IMG/VR virus record: IMGVR_UViG_3300012916_000002
Location: 908-64,907 of that record
Strand: one strand, 5' to 3'
Length of the DNA: 64,000 bases
DNA from: a virus
Lineage: Duplodnaviria > Caudoviricetes
Made by a program: the position numbers and the translations under genes. Positions 27,545 through 37,243 of the stretch are shown in pieces. The stretch's first letter is position 1. Every line of letters begins with the position of its first letter. The notes below the pieces were generated by a model. That model searched no databases and was not told where the DNA came from. It saw nothing but the letters and a program-made list of their open reading frames with translations.

Positions 27545-29694
27545 ACCGAGCCCCCTTGCTTCGGCGTGTCCGCCGCTCTCGGGCCACGGCTGCTGCCCGG
27601 GCCTGCGTTGGCGGTACCGAGCCCGACCTCGCGCGCGTTCGCGATTCGCACCGTGAGGATCTGCCCGCCGAGCGCCGTCGCCGTCGCGGCTCCGATCATG
27701 CGCGAGCCTTCCTGGTCGACCTTCACGCGGCCGACGATGTTGGTCTCGGGCAGCACGACGGGGCCGCCGCCCTTCGCGCCAGGCGTGCGCGCGAGATCGG
27801 CCTGCAGTTTTTTGATGGCCTCTTCGGCGAGCCGGAGTTGCTCCTTCGCGCCCTCGCGTGAGTCGACGCCCGTCACGGTGCGGGAAAGCCAGTCGAGCGG
27901 GCCGCCGCCGACGTCCGCATCGGCGTAAGAGCTCTGCGCGGTCTTGAGCCGCTCGAGCGCGGCCATCTTCTGCTGCCGACTCCCGCCGCTATAGCCGCCC
28001 GCCGTGGCGCTCGCGAGCTCGGCGGAGGCGTCGTCTTCGTTGCCCAGCTTGTGGATGCCGTAGGCGAGCCCGCCGGCAGCGGCCGCTGCCGCGATCGCTC
28101 CGCCGATTGCCAACGCGACGCCCGCGCCGATCGCCGGCGCGATGCCCGCGGCAGCGGCTTCACCCGCCGCGAGAGTCTCCGGCGCGGCTCCGAGCATCTC
28201 GGCCGTGATGCCGCCGCCCATGCCGAACTGGTGAAAGCGCTGTATGCCGGTTGCAGCGACTTCCGCGGCGCCGCCGGCAACGCTTCCGACGGCGCCGCCC
28301 GCGCCCTTGCCGAATATGCGCTTGGCGAGTGCGCCCGCTCCGGCGCCGGCGAGCCCGCCGAGTGCGTCGCCCGCCATGCCCGTGAGTACATTTCCGCCGA
28401 TCGCTCCGGCGCCCGCGATGAGCGGATGCGCGGCGGCGAAGCCGATGAAGTCCGCGACGAGCTCGGCCAGCTTCGGGAGATGCACGGCGAGATCGTCGAT
28501 CGCCTTGATGATCGGCGGCTGCGCGAACGCGGTGCTCAGTCGGTTGAGCGCCGCCGTGAGTTGGCCCTCCGGGCTCCGGCGTTCTTCATCCGCGCGGCGC
28601 GCGAGCTCGGCGCCGTCCATGCCTGCCTTGCCAAACGCGGCGAGGCCCTTGTCGAATGTAACGAGCGCCGCGTCGATAGCGGCCTGGCCCTTGAGCCCCG
28701 TCGCCTCCGCCTCCGCGAGCGCTTTCTTGAACGGGTTGGTGAAGAGGACTTCCATCGTCGTCTTCTCTTCGCCTTGATGCATCGGCGCGAGTAGAGCGTC
28801 TGCGCCTTTCTTCCCCATGCTGAAGATGCGGCGGAGTCGAGCGATCGCATCCTTCTCGTTGATGAGCTTCTTCGAATCGATACCGAGGTTCGCCGCGAGC
28901 TTCTTCAGCTCGCTGTTTTCGCTGAGCCCGCGCAGCACCTTCGTGAGCCCGGCGACTTGCTTAGGAACCGATCTCAACGGATCGTCGGTAGCGACGAGGG
29001 CGCCGAGCATGAAGTCGAGGCCCTTCTTCCCGGTCACGCCGGCTGCGAGAAGCTCCGCGCCGACGGCGCCGATCGCCTCCGCGTATTCGTTGAACTTCGG
29101 CCCGCCCTGCTTGGAAGCATCGAAGACCTGAGCCATCGTGTCGAGCATCGCTTCGGCGCTCACGCCGAACTTCGTGTGAAGCTGGTCCGCGAGCGTGCCG
29201 ACCGTGCCGAGCTCGAAGGCCGTCGCCGTCGCCGTGGTGCCGACGGCGCCGAGTACCTTCCGAGAGAAGTCGAGGTCGCCCGTCGCATCCACCAGATCGC
29301 GGAAGCTCTGCGCCATGTCTTCGTTCTTGTTACCCGTCGACGCTGCCGTGCGCTCGACGAGCTTCTGAACGTCGGCCGCCTTGAGCATCTGCCCGTTCGC
29401 CTCGCGCACGCCGAAGGCAATCTGCCGGTACGAGCGCTGAAGCTGGACCGCGCCGCGCAGCGCGTTGCCGACGGTGAAGGCGCCGCCGAGCGAGAAGGCA
29501 TACTTCATCGCCGTCCGCGTCGTGTTGCCGAGCGCTGCGATCTTGCCCTTCACTCGATCGGCGGAGGCGCCGAAGGCGTCCATGCCGCGCTTGCCCTTGT
29601 GCGAGACGTCCTGCACGACGTCGCCCGCCCGCTTGATCGACGTGATGAACTGGGCGTTCGATAGCGTGAGGCGGACGGCGGCTTCGCGTGACAT
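27541..29694 (-). CDS. tape measure protein
   Basis: 717 aa Ala/Gly-rich helical protein between chaperone and gp43-like gene. Confidence 0.88.
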   Translation of the reverse strand: MSREAAVRLTLSNAQFITSIKRAGDVVQDVSHKGKRGMDAFGASADRVKGKIAALGNTTRTAMKYAFSLGGAFTVGNALRGAVQLQRSYRQIAFGVREANGQMLKAADVQKLVERTAASTGNKNEDMAQSFRDLVDATGDLDFSRKVLGAVGTTATATAFELGTVGTLADQLHTKFGVSAEAMLDTMAQVFDASKQGGPKFNEYAEAIGAVGAELLAAGVTGKKGLDFMLGALVATDDPLRSVPKQVAGLTKVLRGLSENSELKKLAANLGIDSKKLINEKDAIARLRRIFSMGKKGADALLAPMHQGEEKTTMEVLFTNPFKKALAEAEATGLKGQAAIDAALVTFDKGLAAFGKAGMDGAELARRADEERRSPEGQLTAALNRLSTAFAQPPIIKAIDDLAVHLPKLAELVADFIGFAAAHPLIAGAGAIGGNVLTGMAGDALGGLAGAGAGALAKRIFGKGAGGAVGSVAGGAAEVAATGIQRFHQFGMGGGITAEMLGAAPETLAAGEAAAAGIAPAIGAGVALAIGGAIAAAAAAGGLAYGIHKLGNEDDASAELASATAGGYSGGSRQQKMAALERLKTAQSSYADADVGGGPLDWLSRTVTGVDSREGAKEQLRLAEEAIKKLQADLARTPGAKGGGPVVLPETNIVGRVKVDQEGSRMIGAATATALGGQILTVRIANAREVGLGTANAGPGSSRGPRAADTPKQGGSV

Positions 29695-29739
29695 GACAGC
29701 TCTACGGCTTGAAGAGGATCATCCGGAGTTGCGCGGGCG

Positions 29740-30351
29740 TCAGGAGGCCCGTCGCGAGATCTCGGACGGCTGAAGCCACGAGGGCCGACTCGGAGAGAGC
29801 AGTGCCTGGGAAGCCATAGCAACTATGCAAGTGTGCTGCTCGAACCCAGGCATACCGACTAAAGGGGTGATGTTCTTCTCCTTCGCGATGCGGGCGATCG
29901 CCTGCCAGAGTTGGTCGTCGGTGAGCTGCCCGTAGCGCGGATCGATCATCTCGACCCAGGCGTTGTAGACGCCCCAAAGCTCGGCGAGCGATTGGCTCTC
30001 GTAGAGGTCGACGAGCTCGGCGACGCCAGGCACGTGCTGGTCGAACGTCTTCGGCTCGCGGATGGCGTAGGCGAGGAGCGAGTAGTTCTCGATCTCGGTG
30101 ATGTAGTCGGCGTCCTTCTCGGCATCGAGCTTGAGCTCGACCGCGTACGCTCGAGCGATGTTGCGGCACTTGAAGCGGTGCGCGTTGGTCACGTTGCGTA
30201 GCATCACGACGCGGTCCGAGACGCCGCCCGTCTTCGTGCGCCGCCGGATCTTCGCGGGCAGATGAAGCACGCCCGCGTGCTCCTCGACGCCGAGCGACTC
30301 CCAGTTTTCAATCGTGAACTGCGCGGCCTTCTCGACCGGATCATCTGCCAT
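29740..30351 (-). CDS. tail assembly chaperone
   Basis: Between tube and tape measure; ATG 30351 with AGGGAGG SD. Confidence 0.65.
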   Translation of the reverse strand: MADDPVEKAAQFTIENWESLGVEEHAGVLHLPAKIRRRTKTGGVSDRVVMLRNVTNAHRFKCRNIARAYAVELKLDAEKDADYITEIENYSLLAYAIREPKTFDQHVPGVAELVDLYESQSLAELWGVYNAWVEMIDPRYGQLTDDQLWQAIARIAKEKNITPLVGMPGFEQHTCIVAMASQALLSPSRPSWLQPSEISRRAS

Positions 30352-30540
30352 CGGTGCGCCTCCCTGAAAACGGACGCGGCCACCGAAGCGCCTCGGTGGC
30401 CTTGCCCTTCCAACCCGCTGCGCTGCTCCTGCCCGCGTCACGAGTCGGCGTCATTCGCTTGGTGGTGGCTCCAAACCCGGCGCTGGGTACCGCCACCTTT
30501 TAAAGAATCTGGTCGTGGATTTTAAATCGCCCCTTCGGTC

Positions 30541-30930
30541 TTAAACCTCGGGCTTCTCCATGTGGCCGATGAACGTGCACGAGACCTTCGTCGCGTCGTC
30601 GAGCGGCCCGTCGAGGTCGCACTGCGAGAACGCGCCGTTGAGCGTGAGCGTCGTCTTGCCGCCCGGGATCTTCGCCCGGAGCTGGCGGATGGTGCCCTCG
30701 ATGACATCGCGCCAATAGTTCCGCTCGATGCCGTCCTCGCTGATGATCGAGTCGAACGTCGCCTGGCTCTCCTGGTTGCCCGGGATGATGCCCGCGCCGC
30801 GCCGCCGGAGCGTGTGCGCCTGCTTCGCGCCGCTCCCGAGCGTGATCGTAAAGTTGGTGACCTGAATCAGATCGCCGTTGCCCATCGCAAGATAGGCCTG
30901 TGGGAACTTGAGTTGCTCGCCGGCTGCCAT
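30541..30930 (-). CDS. tail tube protein
   Basis: 129 aa beta-rich, directly after sheath. Confidence 0.75.
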   Translation of the reverse strand: MAAGEQLKFPQAYLAMGNGDLIQVTNFTITLGSGAKQAHTLRRRGAGIIPGNQESQATFDSIISEDGIERNYWRDVIEGTIRQLRAKIPGGKTTLTLNGAFSQCDLDGPLDDATKVSCTFIGHMEKPEV

Positions 30931-30943
30931 GACTCGATGCCTT

Positions 30944-32458
30944 TCAGGCGACCTTCGCGCCGACCACGCCGAACTTCGCGAGCGGCTTGATGATGCTCAG
31001 CGGGATGAAGATGTTGACCTGGCTCGCGTCGCTCTCGTCGATGTCGACCGTGAGCTCGTCGTTCGCGATGCTCGCGTCGAGCGCCGGGCCCTGCGCGACG
31101 CCAGCCCGGACCTGCGAGCGGAGCCGCGAGATGACGAACGCCTTGACGTCCCGCACCTCGACGACGCCCGCCGGGAGCGGGTCCGCGCCCGAGGGTAAGT
31201 CCGGCGAGATGCTCGCGTTGGCGAACTCCTGCGGCGTCGCCGTCCGGAGGTCGCGGAAAATCGCGAACATCGCGTCGGTGTCCGAGAGGTGATACCCGCG
31301 GTAGTCGGGCGCTCCGCTCGTCGTGCTATGCGTCGTGATCGGCGCAACGAGGTAAGGGACGCCCGTGAGCGAGTCGATGTCGAGCGGCGAGACGCCGTTG
31401 CTGAGCAGGTCCTCGATCTCGGTCGCGCTGAGCTTGTTCGTCACGACGTCGCGCGGCCCGTAGAGATCGTGCCGGTTGCCGATGCGGTTGAAGTTCGACC
31501 GCTCGCGCGTCATGAGATTGAGCGCGTCGCCCGCCTCGGCGCCCGCGAGCTCGGCGGGGAGGTCATCCCAGAGCCGCCCGAGCACGTACTGCATGGCCAC
31601 GTTGTTGCGGTCGATGGCGCCCGCCTTCGCGTTGGCGGTGCTCCCGGTCACGCCGACGACGCCGACCTGGAGGAGCGCCGCGTTGCCCGATCCGTACGTC
31701 GTGACGTGGGCTCCGAGCCGCTCGGCATTCGAGCTCGAGCTCGTGTCCGCCGCGTCGGCGTTCGACAGGCAGGCGATGATGCGGGCGTATTCGCGGGTGC
31801 TCACCGTCGCGAGCGCCGTGGCAAAGGTCGGCTCCGTCGTACCGCCCGTGCAGTTCGCCGGGTTGACGGTCACCGCGATCCCGCCGCCGCCCTCGAAGAT
31901 GCCCGCCCAGAGTCGGACGTCATTCCCCCAGGGACCGGCGGCCTTCGCCGTGAAGAGGATCGAGCCGCCCGTCGCGTCGCTCGCCGTCACGAAGAGGTCG
32001 CTCGCGAACTGGTTGATCGTCGCCACGGCGCGCGTGACGAAGACCGTCGCGGCTTCGCCGTTCAGCCAGGGCACGTCGATCTGCCGCCCGTGGATGCGGA
32101 ACCGGATCGTCGAATTCTCCGTCGCCGGACCCGTGAAGGTCTGCGTGCCGGTCGCCGCCGCGCCCGCGCTCGCCGTCGGCGCGATGACATCGAGCGGCCC
32201 GAGGCCGAAGCGTTGAAAGAAGCGCTTCGCCGCGAGATGCCCGGGCGTGCCGGCACCGAGCGCCGTCGCAACGTCGTTGGGCCCGAAGCACTGACGGACT
32301 TCGGTGTTCGCGGTGATGTTCCCCGCGCTCGACTTCGGCGCCATGATGAGCGTTCGAAGCGCTGCCGTGCCCGGGTTCGATGGGGCACCGAGCAGATTGA
32401 GGAGTAGGTAAAAACCGGGAGTCTTGACGCTACTCGCGACGGCCTTCGAGATCGGCAT
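30944..32458 (-). CDS. contractile tail sheath protein (Mu gpL-like)
   Basis: 504 aa; 'S.VKTPGFY', 'FG..GTPGH', 'TAKAAGPWGND', 'LL.NGVSPL', 'YLVAPITT', 'D..A.F...D.R'. Confidence 0.92.
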   Translation of the reverse strand: MPISKAVASSVKTPGFYLLLNLLGAPSNPGTAALRTLIMAPKSSAGNITANTEVRQCFGPNDVATALGAGTPGHLAAKRFFQRFGLGPLDVIAPTASAGAAATGTQTFTGPATENSTIRFRIHGRQIDVPWLNGEAATVFVTRAVATINQFASDLFVTASDATGGSILFTAKAAGPWGNDVRLWAGIFEGGGGIAVTVNPANCTGGTTEPTFATALATVSTREYARIIACLSNADAADTSSSSNAERLGAHVTTYGSGNAALLQVGVVGVTGSTANAKAGAIDRNNVAMQYVLGRLWDDLPAELAGAEAGDALNLMTRERSNFNRIGNRHDLYGPRDVVTNKLSATEIEDLLSNGVSPLDIDSLTGVPYLVAPITTHSTTSGAPDYRGYHLSDTDAMFAIFRDLRTATPQEFANASISPDLPSGADPLPAGVVEVRDVKAFVISRLRSQVRAGVAQGPALDASIANDELTVDIDESDASQVNIFIPLSIIKPLAKFGVVGAKVA

Positions 32459-32801
32459 GTGGTGGGTCCTTCGCGTGTGCCTCGTCGGTGTTGCCCGACT
32501 TCAGCTTCTCGCGAGGTGCGCCTACCTCGGTGATCTGCTTTTGCTGCCTGCTCCACTCATCGGCTTTATGCTCGACGAGTGATCCATCGGTGATGAGTCG
32601 TCCGTATTCGCGGGCGAATCGATGGGCTTCATCCTTCGGGATGGCCACGATCTCCTTCGTGCGATAGCGGATCTTACGCGGCTCGTCGGCATCTCGGTCC
32701 GCGCCGATGAGCACCTTCGTGCCGAAGCGCATGACCGGCTGGCCCTCGACCGAGCTCACGAATAGACCGAACGCGTCCGCCGCCGCCGCCGACTCCCTCA
32801 T
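32430..32801 (-). CDS. hypothetical protein (neck/tail junction region)
   Basis: 123 aa ORF directly upstream of sheath. Confidence 0.6.
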   Translation of the reverse strand: MRESAAAADAFGLFVSSVEGQPVMRFGTKVLIGADRDADEPRKIRYRTKEIVAIPKDEAHRFAREYGRLITDGSLVEHKADEWSRQQKQITEVGAPREKLKSGNTDEAHAKDPPHADLEGRRE

Positions 32802-32811
32802 GCCCCGAATG

Positions 32812-33747
32812 CTACGGCATCGGGTCTGTAGCGTCCACGACTTCGAGATCCTCGATCGGTTCCGGCGGCTCGCGCCCAGGCACGGCGCCGACGTAGGCCG
32901 TGCGAAGCCAGCGCGCGAAGGTGCGGGTATCCGCCGCGGGCTCGAGCGTCTGGTTCGCCCGGATCTGCACGCCGTAAATGTAGTGGCGCTCGTTGCGCCC
33001 GAGCCGCGCGCGGTTGGTGATCTCGATGCCGCCGCCGACCGTCGAGAGCTGCTCGCCGTCGTCGTTCTGCATGCGGTCGGTGAGCAGCCGCGTGATGGCC
33101 TGCATGATGACCTGCCCCTCCTGGCGGCGGGCGCTATCGCCCGTCAGGCGAGTCACGACTACATAGAGCACGAAGCTCTCGCGCCAGAACTTCCGTGTCC
33201 GCGTCGCCCGGTTCGCCCCTTGCCGGAGCCCGCCCATCGCGCCGTCGACGGGCTCGGAGTTAGTCCAGATGAGCATGACGCCTCGGTCGCCGATCTTCGA
33301 GGCGAAGAGGTCCGCGCTCGGGCTCGCCGAGTCGAGGTCCTCGAAGACAGCCACGCGCCGGATGAGCGCTCCCGCGTCGCTCCCGCCGGTCATGTCAGCG
33401 TCGAGCGTGGCCACCCCGGCGATGCCGTCGACCGGTGGGTTAAAGCGGAAGACGGTGCCCGCCGGGAGATTGTGGCGGATGCCGCCGACGTTGCTCTTGA
33501 TGGTTACGCCGGGCTCGACGGCGAGCGCGGGCACGGTCCAGTCGTCGGTGGTCTTGAAGACCAGGTCGTCGCGAAGCTGCCCGTCGATGACGGGCAGGAG
33601 GTAGGTGTTGGCGGGCAGCACGAGCTCGGACGCGCCGCCCGTGACGGTGATCGAGCCCGTCGCGCGGACGCCCGTCGCCGGCGCGAGCGTCGCGAAGATC
33701 GCGCGCCCGAGCTGCTCGATGGTGTTGAATGCGAGCGGCTCGGTCAC
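32812..33747 (-). CDS. tail terminator/completion-like protein
   Basis: 311 aa; position equivalent to Mu gp37; function from synteny only. Confidence 0.5.
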   Translation of the reverse strand: MTEPLAFNTIEQLGRAIFATLAPATGVRATGSITVTGGASELVLPANTYLLPVIDGQLRDDLVFKTTDDWTVPALAVEPGVTIKSNVGGIRHNLPAGTVFRFNPPVDGIAGVATLDADMTGGSDAGALIRRVAVFEDLDSASPSADLFASKIGDRGVMLIWTNSEPVDGAMGGLRQGANRATRTRKFWRESFVLYVVVTRLTGDSARRQEGQVIMQAITRLLTDRMQNDDGEQLSTVGGGIEITNRARLGRNERHYIYGVQIRANQTLEPAADTRTFARWLRTAYVGAVPGREPPEPIEDLEVVDATDPMP

Positions 33748-34418
33748 GCCGCCACCGTGAAGGGGCGCCCGAGGTGCACGTTGATCATGTCCACGATGTC
33801 GCGCTCGAAGGCATCGCGGTCGATGTCGAAGAAGTCGCGGAGCGGGATCTTATGCCGAGGCTCCGCGCTCACGTGGTACTTCGCATAGGGCACGTTCGTG
33901 TAGACCTCGATCAGGTCCTCGGCCGTGAAGGGCGTCAGGCTCCCGATGAGGATGCCGCGGTCACGAAGTAGCTTCGGCGTGCCCTGCCAGCGCCGGTAGC
34001 TCTTCGCCAGGCGCTTCGACTTCGTGCTCCGCGTCGGCTTCTTCACGCCGCCGTAGCGCCGATCGACCGAGCCCATGGCGTGACCGAAGGAGGCGCGGAG
34101 CTTCTTCTCGCGCTTCATCGCGAGCGCGCGCTTCGCTTCCTTCTTCGCCCGCATCGCGATCGTCCGGGCGGTGAGCGCCTTCGGCGGCTTCGCCGGGCCG
34201 TACTTCGGACCCGCGGGGGTGCCGGGCTTCGGCAGCCCGGCACGCTGCCACCAGAAGCCGGGCCATTTCCCGTAGCCGTCGGTCTCGAAGACTTCGAGCA
34301 CCTCATGGTGGAGCGCCTCGGCGATCGGCCGGGCGAGGTCGCCCATGATATTCTCGCCGCGCTCCTGGTAGACGCGCACGATATGCTCGAGCGTCTCGAA
34401 CTTGAGCTCGGCCTTCAT
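33744..34418 (-). CDS. virion morphogenesis protein (Mu gpG-like)
   Basis: 'F...G..KW', 'KLLRDRG.L..S', 'TNVPYAKYH', 'IPLRDF'; ATG 34418; carries a Lys/Arg-rich insertion. Confidence 0.8.
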   Translation of the reverse strand: MKAELKFETLEHIVRVYQERGENIMGDLARPIAEALHHEVLEVFETDGYGKWPGFWWQRAGLPKPGTPAGPKYGPAKPPKALTARTIAMRAKKEAKRALAMKREKKLRASFGHAMGSVDRRYGGVKKPTRSTKSKRLAKSYRRWQGTPKLLRDRGILIGSLTPFTAEDLIEVYTNVPYAKYHVSAEPRHKIPLRDFFDIDRDAFERDIVDMINVHLGRPFTVAA

Positions 34419-34422
34419 CGCT

Positions 34423-34923
34423 TCAGAAGCTCCCGCGCCCGCGATGGCCCGGGATGTCCGGGTCAGGCGCGAACTCGAAGGCGTGCCGGTCGACGCCGCC
34501 CGAGAGCGCCCTGTTGCTGCCGGCGACGTCCTCCTGCACCGAGCGGATTTCGCCACGCGCCAGGGCCCGGAGCTCCTCGCGAGCGCGCACACCGAACGCG
34601 TCGAACGGGCCCTTGCCGCTCTCGTCGAGCCACTCGGGCTTACGCTCGCCGGCGAGCTGGGCGACGATGCCGGACCAGGCCCGGACGACCTGGCGATCGA
34701 GCGCCAGGATCTCGAGCTGCTCGGCGTTGAACCCTTTCTTGATGAGGAGCCCGGTCACGATGTCGTCGGCGTCGCGCATCACCGTCTCGAGCGTGGCGAG
34801 ATCGGTGCCCGCGACGAGCTCGTCGCCGTCGTCGTCGAACATCTCGACGACCCGGGACGCGGTGACCCGCTGCTCGAGCGCGAGCCGCCGAGCGCCCGTG
34901 GTGCTTCCCCCGTAGGCAACCAT
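34423..34923 (-). CDS. head-tail adaptor (Mu gp36-like)
   Basis: 'Y.......LEQRV..RV..MFDDDGD', 'DADD.V.G.L', 'L.ALARGE'. Confidence 0.75.
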   Translation of the reverse strand: MVAYGGSTTGARRLALEQRVTASRVVEMFDDDGDELVAGTDLATLETVMRDADDIVTGLLIKKGFNAEQLEILALDRQVVRAWSGIVAQLAGERKPEWLDESGKGPFDAFGVRAREELRALARGEIRSVQEDVAGSNRALSGGVDRHAFEFAPDPDIPGHRGRGSF

Positions 34924-34926
34924 GGC

Positions 34927-35265
34927 TCAGCCTTGCGGGGCGAGGCCCTGCCGGGTGAGGTTGACGATGCGGGTCCCGCGCGGGTCGCGCATGCCGAGCT
35001 CTTCGTACGTGATGACGCCGATCTCGATGCCGGCGTCGGTGAGCGCGGCCTTCACAGCGCCGGGCAGAACGCCCTCCGGAGCGCCGCGGTAGACGCGCAC
35101 GGAGCGGCCGCAGATGGCGCCGACCCACGCTTCCTTCACGACGCGCCCGGCCTCGGCGAGGTTCACGCCGTGCTTCCCTCGATACTCGATGGGCTTGCTC
35201 CCCTCGGGCATCGGTCGCCCCTCCGCCTTCGGCTCCGTCGCTTCCTTGTCCCTTGCCTGCGCCAT
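34927..35265 (-). CDS. hypothetical protein
   Basis: 112 aa in head-neck block. Confidence 0.6.
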   Translation of the reverse strand: MAQARDKEATEPKAEGRPMPEGSKPIEYRGKHGVNLAEAGRVVKEAWVGAICGRSVRVYRGAPEGVLPGAVKAALTDAGIEIGVITYEELGMRDPRGTRIVNLTRQGLAPQG

Positions 35266-35288
35266 TGGTCCTCGCCTCCCGTGCGGGT

Positions 35289-35627
35289 TTACTTCTTCGG
35301 CAGACTACCAGACTTCCTTCGAGGTGGCCGCGCCGTCGACGCCGTGCGGTCCACGTTGATCGTCGCGCCTTCCTCGATGGCGCAGTCCGAGTCTTCGGGG
35401 CCGCCGCGCGCGCGTGCCTCCGCGGCCTTCGATAGAGCGATCGATGCCCGCTCCTGCGCGCGCTGGTGCTCGATGTCGACGAAGCCCGGGTGCGGCGGCT
35501 CGCTCACCGTGACGTCGACCGATGGGAGCGTGTCGCGCGGCTTGCCGCGGATCAGCCCGACGATGGCCTCGACGGCTGCGGTGCCGCCGGCGACGGCGAG
35601 ATCTTTCAACACTGACCACATAGGCAT
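35289..35627 (-). CDS. hypothetical protein with N-terminal amphipathic helix
   Basis: MPMWSVLKDLAVAGGTAAVEAIVGLIRGK...; start 35627 or 35621. Confidence 0.55.
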   Translation of the reverse strand: MPMWSVLKDLAVAGGTAAVEAIVGLIRGKPRDTLPSVDVTVSEPPHPGFVDIEHQRAQERASIALSKAAEARARGGPEDSDCAIEEGATINVDRTASTARPPRRKSGSLPKK

Positions 35628-35640
35628 TCTCCCAAAACTA

Positions 35641-35670
35641 AGGGGCGCGGCCCTTGCGAGCCGCGCCCCT
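35641..35670 (-). terminator. rho-independent terminator after major capsid gene
   Basis: 11-bp stem AGGGGCGCGGC/GCCGCGCCCCT with 8-nt loop; followed on the minus strand by TAGTTTT. Confidence 0.8.
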
Positions 35671-35692
35671 ACCCCGACCCCCGTCAGGAACC

Positions 35693-36784
35693 TTATTGGA
35701 TGGTGTCGATGATGATGCCGCCGACGGCACCGGAGATCATCTTCACCACCTCGGCATGCCCGCTCGCGAGGAACGTGCCGCCCTCGAGACCGCGCCGCTC
35801 GAGGTTGAACTCGCGCGTCGTGTAGCCGGTGCCGCTCGGACCTTTCCGGCGGAACGTCTTGCACGTCATGATGTCCTCGCCGTCCGTCACCGCGCCTGGC
35901 GGCTGGCTCACGAGCACCGCCGTGTCGTTGAGGATGTAGTCGAGCGCGCCCGTCGTCTCGTTGAGCACCTTGCTCGCGCAGACGTGGAAGGGCGGCAAAC
36001 CCGGGATGTTGAAGTCCACGTTCACGTTCGACGCGCTCGTCGTCGCGTCGACGATGTCTCGGCTCACCGCGCCGGCGTCGCCGCCCATCGCGCGGATGTA
36101 GCCGAGCGTGGCCTTGCTCAGGATGATCGCGTGAGCCACGGGGGGCTGCACCCAGATCCCCGTGATGAGCTGCGCGCTCGCCTCGATGCGATCCATGATG
36201 TCGCGGATCGGGTTGCCGTTCTCCGGGTCGTTCCACTCCGCGCCCGCGCCGATCGTCGCGCGGTTCGCCGCGTTCCAATTGGCGGGATTCGTGAGCATCT
36301 CCCAGACCCGCACCTCGCGATCGAGGGCGAGGCCCGCCTCGATCCGCTTCGCGAGCGCCGTCTTGATATCCCAATTGATGTTGCCGTTGTCGGCGTGCAA
36401 TTGAGTAATGGTCGGGATGAAGCCGCCGAGCGCTCGCGCCTGAACCCGGTAGTCTTGGAGCGAGGTGTCGATGTCGACTTCCGGGATGTCGGCCTGCATC
36501 GAGCTAATCACGTTCACGCGGCGGAACGTGTTGTTGAGCCCGAATTCGCGGTACTTGCCGAAGTCGAGGTCAACGAGGTGGATCGGGCAGACCTCGTCGG
36601 CGCGCATGCCGATCGGCTTGAACCCGACGATGAGCGAGTCCATCTCTTCCGAGATGGTGACGTCGCTCGGTGAGAGGTTGAGCTGCACGACGTCGCCGAC
36701 GCGACCGACGCCCGGGACGTCGCCGACGAGCTTGACGGTGACGGTGCCGCCGCCGAGGGCGGTGAGTGCGGAGAGAGCTAGCAT
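35693..36784 (-). CDS. major capsid protein
   Basis: 363 aa after decoration gene; 'ADEVCP..V', HK97-fold-like 'W.D....NPI.DI', 'P..W..L' segments; strong terminator follows. Confidence 0.85.
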   Translation of the reverse strand: MLALSALTALGGGTVTVKLVGDVPGVGRVGDVVQLNLSPSDVTISEEMDSLIVGFKPIGMRADEVCPIHLVDLDFGKYREFGLNNTFRRVNVISSMQADIPEVDIDTSLQDYRVQARALGGFIPTITQLHADNGNINWDIKTALAKRIEAGLALDREVRVWEMLTNPANWNAANRATIGAGAEWNDPENGNPIRDIMDRIEASAQLITGIWVQPPVAHAIILSKATLGYIRAMGGDAGAVSRDIVDATTSASNVNVDFNIPGLPPFHVCASKVLNETTGALDYILNDTAVLVSQPPGAVTDGEDIMTCKTFRRKGPSGTGYTTREFNLERRGLEGGTFLASGHAEVVKMISGAVGGIIIDTIQ

Positions 36785-36808
36785 TGGCTGGTTCGTCCTT
36801 CTCGCGGG

Positions 36809-37201
36809 TTACGCGGGCAGCACGCCGGGTGTGAGGTCGAGCTCGAAGAGTTGGCCGTCGGCGCTCGCGTCGCTCGCGGCCTCGCCCATGATGAACTGCC
36901 CGGCGGTCGCGATGGCGGCCTTGCCGCCCGTGCCGCCGGTGATCTTCGCACCGATGGTGACCGCGACGCCGGCTTCACAGATGGCGCGCCCTTCGATCTG
37001 CACGTCGCCCGCGTAGCCATCGAGGATGGCCTCCATGGTCACGCCGAACGGAAGCGCGGTGCCGTTGACGTGAGGAGTGATGGCGTCGACCGCCGTCGTG
37101 GCTTTCTTCACGATGCGATACTTCGCGATCGTGGTGCCGGTGGAGTTGAGGCCCGGGCGAATGCCGCCCTGGTCCTTTACGATAGCTCGAGGCTGAGACA
37201 T
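36809..37201 (-). CDS. capsid decoration/cement protein (DUF2190-like)
   Basis: 130 aa; 'G.A..EAG.AV.IG..IT....GKA', 'A.ADG..FE..L'. Confidence 0.8.
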   Translation of the reverse strand: MSQPRAIVKDQGGIRPGLNSTGTTIAKYRIVKKATTAVDAITPHVNGTALPFGVTMEAILDGYAGDVQIEGRAICEAGVAVTIGAKITGGTGGKAAIATAGQFIMGEAASDASADGQLFELDLTPGVLPA

Positions 37202-37243
37202 CTAAAGTTCCCTGCTGAAGAGTTGGATGCGGGCGTTCGCGGG

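Noticed and set aside
29695-30351. Programmed G/GT frameshift in the tail chaperone
   Set aside because: No clear slippery heptamer or downstream out-of-frame ORF before the tape measure start
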